51,842 nt of DNA from Elusimicrobiota bacterium. Lineage in GTDB: Bacteria; Elusimicrobiota; Elusimicrobia; F11. The notes beneath the pieces were generated by a model. It was not told the origin of the DNA and ran no database searches. It saw nothing but the letters and a program-made list of their open reading frames with translations. The translations under genes were made by a program, and so were the position numbers. Of the stretch, positions 8,908 to 18,192 are shown in pieces. The stretch spans positions 1 through 51,842 of the forward strand of contig JBJXGI010000092.1 in the NCBI GenBank assembly GCA_046153645.1, given 5' to 3'. The number at the start of each line of letters is the position of its first letter. The stretch's first letter is position 1.

Positions 8908-8946
8908 TGATAAACCTTTGCATATATAACATTATCTTTCCCATCC

Positions 8947-9831
8947 ATGGCAACCCTTCTTCAGTTTATTTTCGTCTCAGCTCTATGGGGTGGGTCTTTT
9001 TTATTTATGAGAATCGCAGGTCCCGAACTCACGCCCATACCACTTATCTTTCTAAGAGTTACCATTGGCGGATTATTTTTACTGCCATTCTGTTTGATTC
9101 AAGGCCATCTACCTGAAATTAAATCCCAATGGAATAAAGCCAGTGTTTTGGGATTAACAAGTGCTGCGCTTCCTTTCAGTTTATTGGCCTACACAACAAT
9201 AAGAACAAGCGCAGGACATGGCGCTATTATAAATTCAACCGCCCCCTTTTTCACTGCCCTTGTCGCATGGATTTGGCTTAAAAACAAATTAAAACCATTA
9301 CAAATTTTGGGGCTCGTACTGGGATTCCTGGGCGTATTTTATTTAGTTAAAGATAAAACCACCATTAATTCTACTCACGGGATTCACGCAATCATCGCTG
9401 GCCTCATGGCCACTTTTCTGTATGGTTTTTCAGTCAATTACATGAAAAAATATTTAAGTGAAAGTAAACCCATGGTGGTAACAACAATCAGCCAATTAAG
9501 CGCAAGCCTTATTCTCATGCCTTTTGCATTTTGGTTATGGCCTGCTCACCCCATATCTTTAGTGGCTTGGGGATGTGTATTGGCACTTGGAATTGGCACA
9601 ACGGCTATCGCTTTTGTGGTCTTTTACCAACTCATCGGAAAAATGGGACCGTCAAAAGCAATTGTGGTCACTTTTTTTATTCCCATCTTTGGAATGTTAT
9701 GGGGCTGGCTTTTTCTGAATGAAAAAATATCTTTTGTCATGATACTGGCAACTGGGATTATTTTGTTTGGCTCCGCGCTCAGTTTAGAGTTAATAAAAAA
9801 GAAAAATACTATTGGCGTCCGGCAGATTTGA
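8947..9831 (+). CDS. DMT/EamA family transporter
   Basis: ALWGGSFLFMRIA, about 10 TM helices, LFLNE near C-terminus. Confidence 0.92.
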   Translation: MATLLQFIFVSALWGGSFLFMRIAGPELTPIPLIFLRVTIGGLFLLPFCLIQGHLPEIKSQWNKASVLGLTSAALPFSLLAYTTIRTSAGHGAIINSTAPFFTALVAWIWLKNKLKPLQILGLVLGFLGVFYLVKDKTTINSTHGIHAIIAGLMATFLYGFSVNYMKKYLSESKPMVVTTISQLSASLILMPFAFWLWPAHPISLVAWGCVLALGIGTTAIAFVVFYQLIGKMGPSKAIVVTFFIPIFGMLWGWLFLNEKISFVMILATGIILFGSALSLELIKKKNTIGVRQI

Positions 9832-9927
9832 AACGATCAATTCAAACCAAATAGGTTTTACTTTTGTCACGAAAATTTCATACCAAGATCACCAACATAT
9901 CATTCATTGCCTTTAAAATAAGGTCAT

Positions 9928-10365
9928 ATGAAAATTTTAAAATTGTCATTGGGTTTAATTATATTTTTAAATCTAAACATCAATTCCTCTGACCAAAAAA
10001 ATCCCAAATTAATTTTAACATCAAAGGTCAACAATTTCGTGGAGTCAGAAACCGAATTTTCTTGCAATGATTATATTCATGGATACCTTACACTTCCAGA
10101 AAAAGCAATTGGCCAACACACCTTTGAAACACTTTGGAGCATGCCCAATGGCCAAATAAATCAACATTTTAAAAAAACTCTTGATATTCCAGCGCCAGGT
10201 CGACAAGCTTCTTATGTTTGGTTTCGATTTAATCAAGAAAGAGATGGCCTTCAAGACGACTCATCATCCCATGAAGAAAACAATGTGTTCAATGGTGAAT
10301 GGAATGTTGAAATTAAATGGGATAACCAAACTGTTATTCAAAAAAAATTTAAAGTGAAATGTTGA
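9928..10365 (+). CDS. Exported hypothetical protein, beta-sandwich-like
   Basis: 145-aa ORF, N-terminal hydrophobic segment, W-x-x-P-x-G and GEWxVEI patterns. Confidence 0.6.
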   Translation: MKILKLSLGLIIFLNLNINSSDQKNPKLILTSKVNNFVESETEFSCNDYIHGYLTLPEKAIGQHTFETLWSMPNGQINQHFKKTLDIPAPGRQASYVWFRFNQERDGLQDDSSSHEENNVFNGEWNVEIKWDNQTVIQKKFKVKC

Positions 10366-10377
10366 TAGGAGGAAGAC

Positions 10378-10536
10378 ATGAATAAAAAAATATTATTCCT
10401 ATCTCGAACCACAATAACCCTTGTTGGGTTTATGGTATTGGGATTGGCTTTAATTGGATGTAAAGGAAGCCGTGGATCAACCGCCGCTGGGAATGGCGAA
10501 GTTAATGTATTAACACTGCAGGGGGCCGGACAATGA
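10378..10536 (+). CDS. Small putative lipoprotein (52 aa)
   Basis: Not in ORF track: MNKKILFLSRTTITLVGFMVLGLALIGCKGSRGSTAAGNGEVNVLTLQGAGQ; AGGAGG SD, LIG-C lipobox, ATGA overlap with next gene. Confidence 0.75.
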   Translation: MNKKILFLSRTTITLVGFMVLGLALIGCKGSRGSTAAGNGEVNVLTLQGAGQ

Positions 10537-11159
10537 AAAATAAACTATCTCTATTTATGGGGCTCATTCTAGGTCTCACTTCGACTCAAAGTTTCGCGGC
10601 CAATTCAGGTGACGCATCCGAAGTCAACATGAAGATCTATAAAATGTGGGTTTCACCCAACAGTAATTGTTCCGGCATGAGCTTGGTTTACACCGACGAC
10701 AATCCTACTCCTCAAAACATGATGGCCAGTCCCACACTAGGAACAGGAACAGTAGCCCCGGGAACCTATAACTGTATTGCCTTTAAAATGAGTGAAATCA
10801 TTACCGCTAAACCTTCTTATAACTCTGACCATGGGCACTGTACAACCGGAAGCAATTTAACAGTTGATGTTTTTCGAAACCCCAGCACCTCAGCTTGTCC
10901 TGATGGAACATCAATTACGGGAACCAGCTCTCTTGTCACAGAAGATAAACCTTGTTTATTCCTTTCCGTTACCGGTACGACCAACAACAGTGTTGAGCCA
11001 TGGAACGCAGCATCGCCTTTCCTACTCAACAATCCTTTTGTTGTTACTGGAGACACCGCCGGCACCTTTGTAGCAGATTTTAGAGGGAAAATTTCCGATA
11101 CAGGAGCAGGAATAGGAGGAGAGTGCGAAGTAGAACCCCCTGTTTTTAGTTTTAGATAA
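10533..11159 (+). CDS. Exported Cys/Thr-rich hypothetical protein
   Basis: Signal peptide (SFA-ANS), 6 Cys, ends PPVFSFR; followed by terminator. Confidence 0.7.
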   Translation: MKNKLSLFMGLILGLTSTQSFAANSGDASEVNMKIYKMWVSPNSNCSGMSLVYTDDNPTPQNMMASPTLGTGTVAPGTYNCIAFKMSEIITAKPSYNSDHGHCTTGSNLTVDVFRNPSTSACPDGTSITGTSSLVTEDKPCLFLSVTGTTNNSVEPWNAASPFLLNNPFVVTGDTAGTFVADFRGKISDTGAGIGGECEVEPPVFSFR

Positions 11160-11172
11160 AAAACTTTCTACA

Positions 11173-11220
11173 AAATAAAAAGACCGCCCCCTATTTTTAT
11201 AGAGAGCGGTCTTTTTATTT
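11173..11220 (+). terminator. Rho-independent terminator (possibly bidirectional)
   Basis: AAATAAAAAGACCGC...GCGGTCTTTTTATTT hairpin. Confidence 0.8.
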
Positions 11221-11241
11221 CATACCGGAAAGATTTACCTA

Positions 11242-11278
11242 TTGAATGCCCACTTATAAACATTTAGACTTATAAACA
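11242..11278 (+). promoter_or_regulatory. Promoter and direct-repeat operator of RHH-PIN module
   Basis: TTGAAT-17-TAGACT (11242-11270) overlapped by ACTTATAAACA x2 (11252-11262, 11268-11278). Confidence 0.55.
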
Positions 11279-11311
11279 CATAAGCATTGATATACCCAAT
11301 AAGGAGCCCCC

Positions 11312-11566
11312 ATGGAAAATACCGTCCGATGGTCACTCATCGTTTCAAGAGAAACCGATATTTCATTACGTACTTATCTCTCCCAAAAAGGCATGCGCAA
11401 AGGAGATCTCTCTAAATTTGTAGAAGAAGCCGTCAAATGGCGTGTTTTAGACAAAATAGTTCATAAAACAAAGCAAAAAAATGAGCGCTTCGATTCCAAA
11501 GAAATAGAATTGGCTATCAATGAGGCCGTCCAGTCGGTGCGGACTAAAAAAAAGACCCTGAAATGA
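11312..11566 (+). CDS. Ribbon-helix-helix antitoxin-like protein
   Basis: VRWSLIVSRETDISLRTYL...KGDLSKFVEEAV; ATGA overlap with PIN gene. Confidence 0.8.
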   Translation: MENTVRWSLIVSRETDISLRTYLSQKGMRKGDLSKFVEEAVKWRVLDKIVHKTKQKNERFDSKEIELAINEAVQSVRTKKKTLK

Positions 11567-11976
11567 GGGTTGTTTTAGACACCAATATTTTTATTAGCGC
11601 TCTCATAAATCAACTGGGATCATCTCATTTTTTATATGAGCTTTGGAAAAATGGATATTTTCATCTTCTGACTTGTGAAGAGCAATTAGATGAATTTAGA
11701 GAAGCCACTCGATATCCAAAGGTACGCCAATACATACAACCTATCATGGCCGGTGCGATGCTCAATGAAATTAAATTACTAAGCATATTTATTACAAATC
11801 TACCTAAATTAAGAATTTCCCCAGATCCATGGGATAACTATATTTTGGCAGTGGCATTAAAAGGAAAAGCGAACTTTATAGTAACAGGAGATAAATCGGG
11901 ATTACTAGAAATAAAAAAATTTAAACAAATAAAAATTGTCAATCCATCACAAATGATGCGACTCATTGGTCATTAA
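11563..11976 (+). CDS. PIN-domain (VapC-like) putative toxin
   Basis: MRVVLDTNIFISA, DPWDNYIL, IVTGD. Confidence 0.9.
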   Translation: MRVVLDTNIFISALINQLGSSHFLYELWKNGYFHLLTCEEQLDEFREATRYPKVRQYIQPIMAGAMLNEIKLLSIFITNLPKLRISPDPWDNYILAVALKGKANFIVTGDKSGLLEIKKFKQIKIVNPSQMMRLIGH

Positions 11977-11981
11977 GAAAT

Positions 11982-12713
11982 TTAATTCCAAAAATCAACA
12001 ATGAGGCTGGCAGTGTATTCCGTTGTAGCGGCAGGTAAAAGGGCGGCGTCGGTTGTCACTCGAATATCCAATAAATCACCGGTCACAAAAGTGCCTGTTC
12101 CGCCACTTGAACAAACAAATTGAGTATTGGTACCATCAATCACCGCATCAGATGTTGATCCGATATCAACCGCATTTTTAAAAATCTGAAAAGTGGCAGT
12201 CCCAGCTGTTCGAGCAGCACTTCCTGAAACACAAATTCCCACTGCTTTCCCATTAAAGGGCATTATTATCCTAGAACCTCCAACAACCTGAGCGGCACTT
12301 CCCACTTCTAATTGCATTTGTAAATTCGTCTGACTGATAGCCAAATTTGAAAGTCCAAAATGCCCCACCCGTTGATGGCGCGCTATCATTTTAGTTGTGG
12401 TTGAACTTCCGTTTACGAATTTCAAAGAATTCACTTGAACTTGTCCTGCCACGGTTCCGGTCGACACATAAAAAGTGGCCCCAGACTGAAGGGTGAGAGT
12501 ATTTCGAATAATATTTCCCCCCGACGTTCCAACTTGAGTGACTGAATTGGCAACAACTCCCCCATCAGAATTAACAGTCAATACATCGACATTACTGGAA
12601 TCTTTAACAGCAATATTTGTAGATCCATTTGAAGAAGAGGTTTCCAAATTTATCTCACCAGAAAAAACGAAACAAGGAAGGAGAAGAAAGGAGGAGAACA
12701 ACAAACGACGCAT
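11982..12713 (-). CDS. Exported beta-rich hypothetical protein (paralog of adjacent gene)
   Basis: Signal peptide; aligns along its length with 12717-13454. Confidence 0.75.
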   Translation of the reverse strand: MRRLLFSSFLLLPCFVFSGEINLETSSSNGSTNIAVKDSSNVDVLTVNSDGGVVANSVTQVGTSGGNIIRNTLTLQSGATFYVSTGTVAGQVQVNSLKFVNGSSTTTKMIARHQRVGHFGLSNLAISQTNLQMQLEVGSAAQVVGGSRIIMPFNGKAVGICVSGSAARTAGTATFQIFKNAVDIGSTSDAVIDGTNTQFVCSSGGTGTFVTGDLLDIRVTTDAALLPAATTEYTASLIVDFWN

Positions 12714-12875
12714 TTTTTAATTAGACCACTCAACAATAATATCGGCCGTATATTCGGTGGAAGCGGCTGGGGTTAACGCTGATGATGTCACCCTCACATC
12801 TAAAATATCGCCTGCGACAAAAGTGCCTGTCCCAGCGGTTGAACAAACAAATTGAGTATTGGTACCATCAATCAC
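12107..12875. repeat. 37-bp exact direct repeat shared by the paralogs (12107-12143 and 12839-12875)
   Basis: TTGAACAAACAAATTGAGTATTGGTACCATCAATCAC in both copies. Confidence 0.85.
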
Positions 12876-13454
12876 AGCATCCGAAGTAGCTCCAATATCG
12901 ACAGCGTTTTTAAAAATTTGAAAAGTGGCAGTCCCCGCTGATCGAGCAGCGCTTCCTGAAACACAAATTCCTCGGGCTGTTCCAGCATAAGGCATTTTCA
13001 TTCGAGAACCAGCCGCAATTTGCGCAGCCCCCGCTACGTCAAACACCATTTGAGAATCAGCAACTGTACCCGCCAAGTTGGCAACGCCCCAATGTCCAAC
13101 AAAAGAGCGCGATGGGAGAGAAGCCACAGTAGTCATACTTGAACCGTCCACAAATTTAAGGGTTGTCACGCTGAGTTGCCCGGCCACTGTTCCACTTGAG
13201 ACATAGAAGGTTGAATTGGCCTGAAGAGTGGCGGTATTTAAAATAAGATTTCCCGCATTTGTGACGGTAATAGAATTAAAATACGCGTCGCCGTCAGAAG
13301 TTACTGAGGCGACTTCTACACTAGCAGAATCAAGAACACTGAGCTTGGTTGTGCCGTTATTGGTGGTAAGTTTTAAATCAACATCCCCTGCAAGCACAGC
13401 ACCGCTTGCAGTGACAAGAAATGAAATTAAGATAAGTAGTTTTTTAAATGGCAT
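12717..13454 (-). CDS. Exported beta-rich hypothetical protein (paralog of adjacent gene)
   Basis: Likely start MPFKK (13454; track start 13502), signal peptide VLA-GDV; shares GICVSGSAAR.AGTATFQIFKNAVDIG.TSDAVIDGTNTQFVCS. Confidence 0.75.
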   Translation of the reverse strand: MPFKKLLILISFLVTASGAVLAGDVDLKLTTNNGTTKLSVLDSASVEVASVTSDGDAYFNSITVTNAGNLILNTATLQANSTFYVSSGTVAGQLSVTTLKFVDGSSMTTVASLPSRSFVGHWGVANLAGTVADSQMVFDVAGAAQIAAGSRMKMPYAGTARGICVSGSAARSAGTATFQIFKNAVDIGATSDAVIDGTNTQFVCSTAGTGTFVAGDILDVRVTSSALTPAASTEYTADIIVEWSN

Positions 13455-13565
13455 TTCATTAAGCCCTATGAGCAATTTTAACTGGTTCTTATTGTACTTC
13501 AAGACTTAAAATAAAGTCTAGCCCTTGTATGCCCGTAAATAAATTGAGCAATAATCGACTAGGAG

Positions 13566-14078
13566 TTATATACCCAACGCCAGTTTGGCGTCGCGCATTG
13601 TGACCATTAATGTCATCGGATCAACTGTTGATTCTTGAAAACCACAGGATTTATAAAAATGTTTGGCATCTTCCGAAATGGCATGAACGAGGATGGCACG
13701 AATGCCAGTAATCTCGGAGGCCGAAATCGTTCTTAGTACTGCATCTCGCAGGAGGCCTTTCCCAATCTCTTTTCCATGCCACGATCGATCCACCGCCAAA
13801 CGGCCTAGTAGAATGACAGGAATCGGATCCGGCATATTCCGGCGAACTCGGCCAGTTGATTCAGATTGTAGGATTGAACCCGCTGAAAGGGCGTAGTAAC
13901 CAATAACTTTTCCTGCTCCGCAAACAACGTAAGTTCGCGACGCCCCACTTTCTTGATTGCTTAGGGCGCGCCGTTTTAACCAATCATCCAGCGAGAGAAT
14001 ACCAGAATTAAAATCCGTCACCTTATGCTGTGCGGTTAGACGCTCCGGCGCGGTGGGATTCCCTTTTACTTCCCCCAC
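13566..14078 (-). CDS. GNAT acetyltransferase toxin (TacT/AtaT-like)
   Basis: FNSG...LDDWLKRRAL, GYYAL, RRNMPDPIPVILLGRLAVD, LVHAISEDAKHFY. Confidence 0.93.
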   Translation of the reverse strand: MGEVKGNPTAPERLTAQHKVTDFNSGILSLDDWLKRRALSNQESGASRTYVVCGAGKVIGYYALSAGSILQSESTGRVRRNMPDPIPVILLGRLAVDRSWHGKEIGKGLLRDAVLRTISASEITGIRAILVHAISEDAKHFYKSCGFQESTVDPMTLMVTMRDAKLALGI

Positions 14079-14380
14079 GGAGCCTTGGTTTCCAGAAGAT
14101 CTTGCAGCTTTCGGTTGGTTTTAGCTGGAGCGTTCAGCCGAGCTACGAACTGCTTATAGGCATTGCCATCAAGCACGAAAACGCGTTTATCAAGAAGCAC
14201 GGCCTCCGCTTCTCGGCAGGCCGTTTCCAACATAAAGTCGGAACGGTTTTTACCGAGCGCTTCCGCCGCACGATCAATGAGGTCACGCTGACGCTGCCGG
14301 GCACGAATGTTAATACTAACAGCCCTGACTGGACTTGAATCCCCTGTGGAATCGCTGTGAGTAGATTTATATGTGTTCAT
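14066..14380 (-). CDS. DUF1778 RHH antitoxin (TacA/AtaR-like)
   Basis: INIRA...RDLIDRAA...GKNRSDFMLE.A..EAE.VLLD...APW. Confidence 0.93.
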   Translation of the reverse strand: MNTYKSTHSDSTGDSSPVRAVSINIRARQRQRDLIDRAAEALGKNRSDFMLETACREAEAVLLDKRVFVLDGNAYKQFVARLNAPAKTNRKLQDLLETKAPWGK

Positions 14381-14415
14381 ACAATAAATATACGTTTATG
14401 TGTATTTATTGTCAA
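14381..14415 (-). promoter_or_regulatory. Leaderless promoter with palindromic operator
   Basis: TTGACA-17-TATATT then 6 nt to ATG; perfect 10-bp inverted repeat ACAATAAATA(14381-14390)/TATTTATTGT(14403-14412). Confidence 0.7.
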
Positions 14416-14631
14416 TACATTTTTCAGATTAAAATAAAAATAATAAACACTCTAAAAAATCAACTCAAATTTGTTTTATCCATTAGCGTTTAAAAACACT
14501 TCAAAACGAGTGAAATTATTGTGACTAGAGGTTTCAGTTAGTGTCCAAGTTTTTGTTGTTGATTTCGAATTATATTTTCGAAGATTCCTCCCCTTTCCCC
14601 CATTTACGACCATTAAATACCTTAGTTCCTT

Positions 14632-15876
14632 CTAATTCACTTTCCGTATAACCGAATCAACAATTAAAATGACAATCAAAGAAATCCCAGTCACGGGAAC
14701 CAAAACGCAAAAGATTCCTATCAACACCACTAAACTTTTGGGGAATGAAGACCCATCGCTGACCTGAGGCGCTGATAAGAAAGAGTGCGGCGGTTTTCTT
14801 TTCCACCAAAGTACAATACCTGAAATTGCCAAGCCAATGACACCTAAAGCTACAATTGAATTTAAAATTTGATTCCAAATTCCAAACCAAGTTCCCTCAT
14901 GTAACGCCACGGCCATTAAGATAAATTTTCCAATCACACCGAAATCTTTCCAACGAAAATCTTTAATAATTTCTCCAGTAAACATATCAACGTGAATGTA
15001 AGCTCGGTCTTGCGGGCGCGGCGCTTTCCAACGAATGACAGCCGCGCCACCTTCTTTTTTAGGAAGAAGAATTGTTGCTGGAATCCCAGGAAGTTTTTCT
15101 CTGGAAATTTGAAGCAATCGATCTAAATCGATTTTGGGTTGACTTGGGATTTGCACAGATTGATAGGGTGACCCTCCAAAACCGAGCGGCGACCCGGTTC
15201 CTGTTTTTTCTCCAATGGTTTTGAGGATATCACCATTAATCCCCGTCCAAGGCAGTCCCGTTATTAAAAATAAAAAAATGAGGGAAGATAAATAAAAAGC
15301 GGGAACCGCGTGAAAATCTTTCCACCATCCGCGCCCTTTTAGGTCAAAGCGGGGCCACAAAACACCAGCCAAACTCTTCCGATCTTTCGGCCACCACAGA
15401 AAAAGCCCTGTTGTGACTAAAATAAAGGCAAACCCCGCGGTCATTTCCATAATAATCTCGCCGGGTTTCCCAATCAAAAGAGATCCATGAATATCATGCA
15501 TGAGCTGCATTAATGTTTTATCCGCTTTTTGGGAGCCGACAATGTCTCTCTTATGAGGATTCACATAAACAATCATTTCAGTATTGGTTTTATCTTCTAG
15601 GAAAACCTGCATGGATTTTCCTGCTCCAAGACTTGGAATGACATTTTTTAAGCGGGATTCCGGAAAAGCACTCATGGCAGAATCTAGTTGTGCTTGCGCA
15701 GAAATGGTGGTCTCTGCTTTGGGGACTTCTAACCAATGACGATAGATCATCGGTTCAATTTGAGGTTTAAACAAATAAACAAGTCCTGTGATCGCCAAGG
15801 TCAGCAATGTCGGACTTAAAAAAAGACCTGAATAAAAGTGCCACCGCCAAATACGCGAATAAGAAGAACTTTCCAT
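14632..15876 (-). CDS. PepSY-associated TM helix protein
   Basis: IWRWHFYSGL, YVNP, MHDIHGSLL, TGLFLWWP, DFHA, TGLPWT, LHEG, SGIVLWWKRKP. Confidence 0.92.
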   Translation of the reverse strand: MESSSYSRIWRWHFYSGLFLSPTLLTLAITGLVYLFKPQIEPMIYRHWLEVPKAETTISAQAQLDSAMSAFPESRLKNVIPSLGAGKSMQVFLEDKTNTEMIVYVNPHKRDIVGSQKADKTLMQLMHDIHGSLLIGKPGEIIMEMTAGFAFILVTTGLFLWWPKDRKSLAGVLWPRFDLKGRGWWKDFHAVPAFYLSSLIFLFLITGLPWTGINGDILKTIGEKTGTGSPLGFGGSPYQSVQIPSQPKIDLDRLLQISREKLPGIPATILLPKKEGGAAVIRWKAPRPQDRAYIHVDMFTGEIIKDFRWKDFGVIGKFILMAVALHEGTWFGIWNQILNSIVALGVIGLAISGIVLWWKRKPPHSFLSAPQVSDGSSFPKSLVVLIGIFCVLVPVTGISLIVILIVDSVIRKVN

Positions 15877-15892
15877 TTTATACCTCTCAAAT

Positions 15893-15922
15893 AAAAAACC
15901 CCGCCCTCTGCGGGCGGGGTTT
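15893..15922 (-). terminator. Rho-independent terminator between TonB receptor and PepSY gene
   Basis: AAACCCCGCCC-TCTGC-GGGCGGGGTTT with T-run on minus strand. Confidence 0.75.
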
Positions 15923-15927
15923 ACAAC

Positions 15928-18099
15928 TTAGAACGTTAACTTTATACCGCTAAAGAAGGATCGATCTTGACCGGCAAAAAAACCTTGCTTGGTAGATCCC
16001 ACATTAGCAGGTGTATCTGTTAATGCGTCCGCTACCACAACAGTTGAACCGATATATTTTCGATCAAATACGTTTCTTAAATCAAAAAACAAAATTAATT
16101 TCTTAAAAACGGGGCCAGTGAGTTCTTTAGAAAAATGCGTGTTTAAATTCCAAACAGTTGAGCTTTGGGCTTTTAGCGTATTGCTGTTATTAATGTAATA
16201 AGGAGCAATATAGTTCGCTTCAACCCAAGCGCCGAGTCCTATCGGAGATTCATACCCCACACGTGAATTAAGTACATGCTTTTCCACTCCAGGAATTTTC
16301 TTATTAGCGCGGTTGAAACTTGTTCCGCTGATAATTTCAGTATAGTTTTTATATACATGGTCATTATAAGTGTAACTTCCTGAGCATGAAATCCCTGACC
16401 AAGTGCGGAAATCCAATGTTGCTTCAGCGCCTCGATGATCGGCTCTTTTCGCATTCGTACTATAACTAGAAAGCCCTGCCCCTGGAGATTGACTGACAAG
16501 TTCATCATAAAAGAATTCGTAATATCCAACGACATCAAACATCAACTTCCCCACCACTTGTCCATCAGTTCCCAACTCAAAACCAAGGTTTCTCTGGGAT
16601 TTAAGTTGATTGTTGTTTCCCGCAACCCCGCTCGGCGTCGTGGTCAGCTGACTCATTCCGGGAATTCCGTATCCTGTTCCCATGCGGCTGTGAATTTTTA
16701 TTTTGGGAGTGGCTTGATAAATAACATTCACTTCTGGAGCCACGTTAAAGAAATTTCGTCCCACACTCACCCGAGAATAAGTTTCGCTGGATGTTCGAGT
16801 TTGAACTTGCGCGCTGACTCTTGATGACTCAAGACCAACACCTAAAATACCAGTCCATTTTTCATCGAATTGAATTTCTTCACGAAACCGGGCGCCAACA
16901 TTGCGGTGAGTTCCTCTGGTATTAGAATTAAGAGCGCCTCTGGTTCCATTGAAATCACCCAAATTCCTGAAACTATTCGCCTCTTGTTCCATCAAATTAA
17001 AAAACAGTCCCACAAAATGTTTTACTTCTTTACCAAACAATTTTCCTTGATGGGTGATATCGGCATATTGATGAAAGTTAGGGTTAACATTATCCCCAAT
17101 GGTCCCAAAGGTTTGATTGATATCTTTGACGTCATAGGCCCCTAAAAACCGAATTCCGGTATTGGGTGTGGCAGCATATTCGTAACGCGCGCCCATAATT
17201 GTGCGTCGATCTTCTCTATTTTGATCTGTTTGAGTGGCGGAAATCGTTCCTACGCCGGTGACAGAAGTCCTCCCTTCTTGCCTTGGGTTTTGATTCAACT
17301 GATCCAAGGTTAATCGACTCGGCACTTGAGCCCTTAAATCATTATTGAGATATTTAAATACAATCGTTCGTTTCGAATCCGGCGTAAACGTCATGGTGAT
17401 ATTTTGAGTCCCGGTCCAAAACTGACTGTGATCAATATACCCACTGCCACGCACAAAACTGCCAAACACCGCATATTCAAACCCCTGATAACGGTTTCCC
17501 GCATGAACATAGTTATTGAGGTAAGCATGACTACCAGCAGTAGAGCCCACATCAACGCCTCGAATGTCTCGTCCTCGACGAGAACGAAAATTAACAACAC
17601 CTCCCAACGCATAGTTGTCGTATAAAGAAGACGAAGGGCCTCGAATAACATCAATTCCTTCATAGGCGTTGGGATCATTGATATCGGTTCGAGATAACCC
17701 ATCAGATTGAGTGGTCGGGAACCAATCTTCATACATTTTGATATTTCGAACAGCAAAACTTTGTTTGGCACCAGAGCCTCGAACCGAAATACTGACGTCT
17801 CTGGGTCCATTGCTTTGACGAAGGGTCACGCCTGGAACCGTTGTAAACATTTCTCTTAAATTAAACGCATCGGTCGATTCAAGTTTTTCTCTTTCTACTT
17901 TCCCGATCGTTCTGCCAGCGGGATTACGTTCAATTTTTGTTCCTAATACTTCTGTGATGTCCATCAAAATGGCTCCATCAGGGGCAGAAACAATAGGCTC
18001 TTCACTTGTGGGGATAATATCTTGAGAAAAAACATTCAAACTAAAAATAAATAAAGACAATGGCAAAAGCATTAAAAAACGCCGACGAATAAAAGACAT
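15928..18099 (-). CDS. TonB-dependent outer-membrane receptor
   Basis: Plug motifs (VPGV, ISVRGSG, IDVIRGPSSSLY..ALGGVVNF), RNVFDRKY, C-terminal Phe. Confidence 0.95.
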   Translation of the reverse strand: MSFIRRRFLMLLPLSLFIFSLNVFSQDIIPTSEEPIVSAPDGAILMDITEVLGTKIERNPAGRTIGKVEREKLESTDAFNLREMFTTVPGVTLRQSNGPRDVSISVRGSGAKQSFAVRNIKMYEDWFPTTQSDGLSRTDINDPNAYEGIDVIRGPSSSLYDNYALGGVVNFRSRRGRDIRGVDVGSTAGSHAYLNNYVHAGNRYQGFEYAVFGSFVRGSGYIDHSQFWTGTQNITMTFTPDSKRTIVFKYLNNDLRAQVPSRLTLDQLNQNPRQEGRTSVTGVGTISATQTDQNREDRRTIMGARYEYAATPNTGIRFLGAYDVKDINQTFGTIGDNVNPNFHQYADITHQGKLFGKEVKHFVGLFFNLMEQEANSFRNLGDFNGTRGALNSNTRGTHRNVGARFREEIQFDEKWTGILGVGLESSRVSAQVQTRTSSETYSRVSVGRNFFNVAPEVNVIYQATPKIKIHSRMGTGYGIPGMSQLTTTPSGVAGNNNQLKSQRNLGFELGTDGQVVGKLMFDVVGYYEFFYDELVSQSPGAGLSSYSTNAKRADHRGAEATLDFRTWSGISCSGSYTYNDHVYKNYTEIISGTSFNRANKKIPGVEKHVLNSRVGYESPIGLGAWVEANYIAPYYINNSNTLKAQSSTVWNLNTHFSKELTGPVFKKLILFFDLRNVFDRKYIGSTVVVADALTDTPANVGSTKQGFFAGQDRSFFSGIKLTF

Positions 18100-18113
18100 A
18101 AATACTCCTTTGA

Positions 18114-18192
18114 GTCATCCCCGAAATTCGTAATCGGGGATCTAGACTTTAGTTTAAAATTAGATTCCCGACAGAAACATTCGGGAATGACG
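18114..18192. repeat. REP-like palindromic doublet (CGTC-tagged type)
   Basis: GTCATCCCCGA...TCGGGGATCT and inverted AGATTCCCGA...TCGGGAATGACG. Confidence 0.75.

Noticed and set aside
14420..14631. Possible IS end or small ORF in the intergenic region beside the GNAT module
   Set aside because: No matching second inverted repeat, target duplication or transposase fragment seen; the short ORF lacks support.
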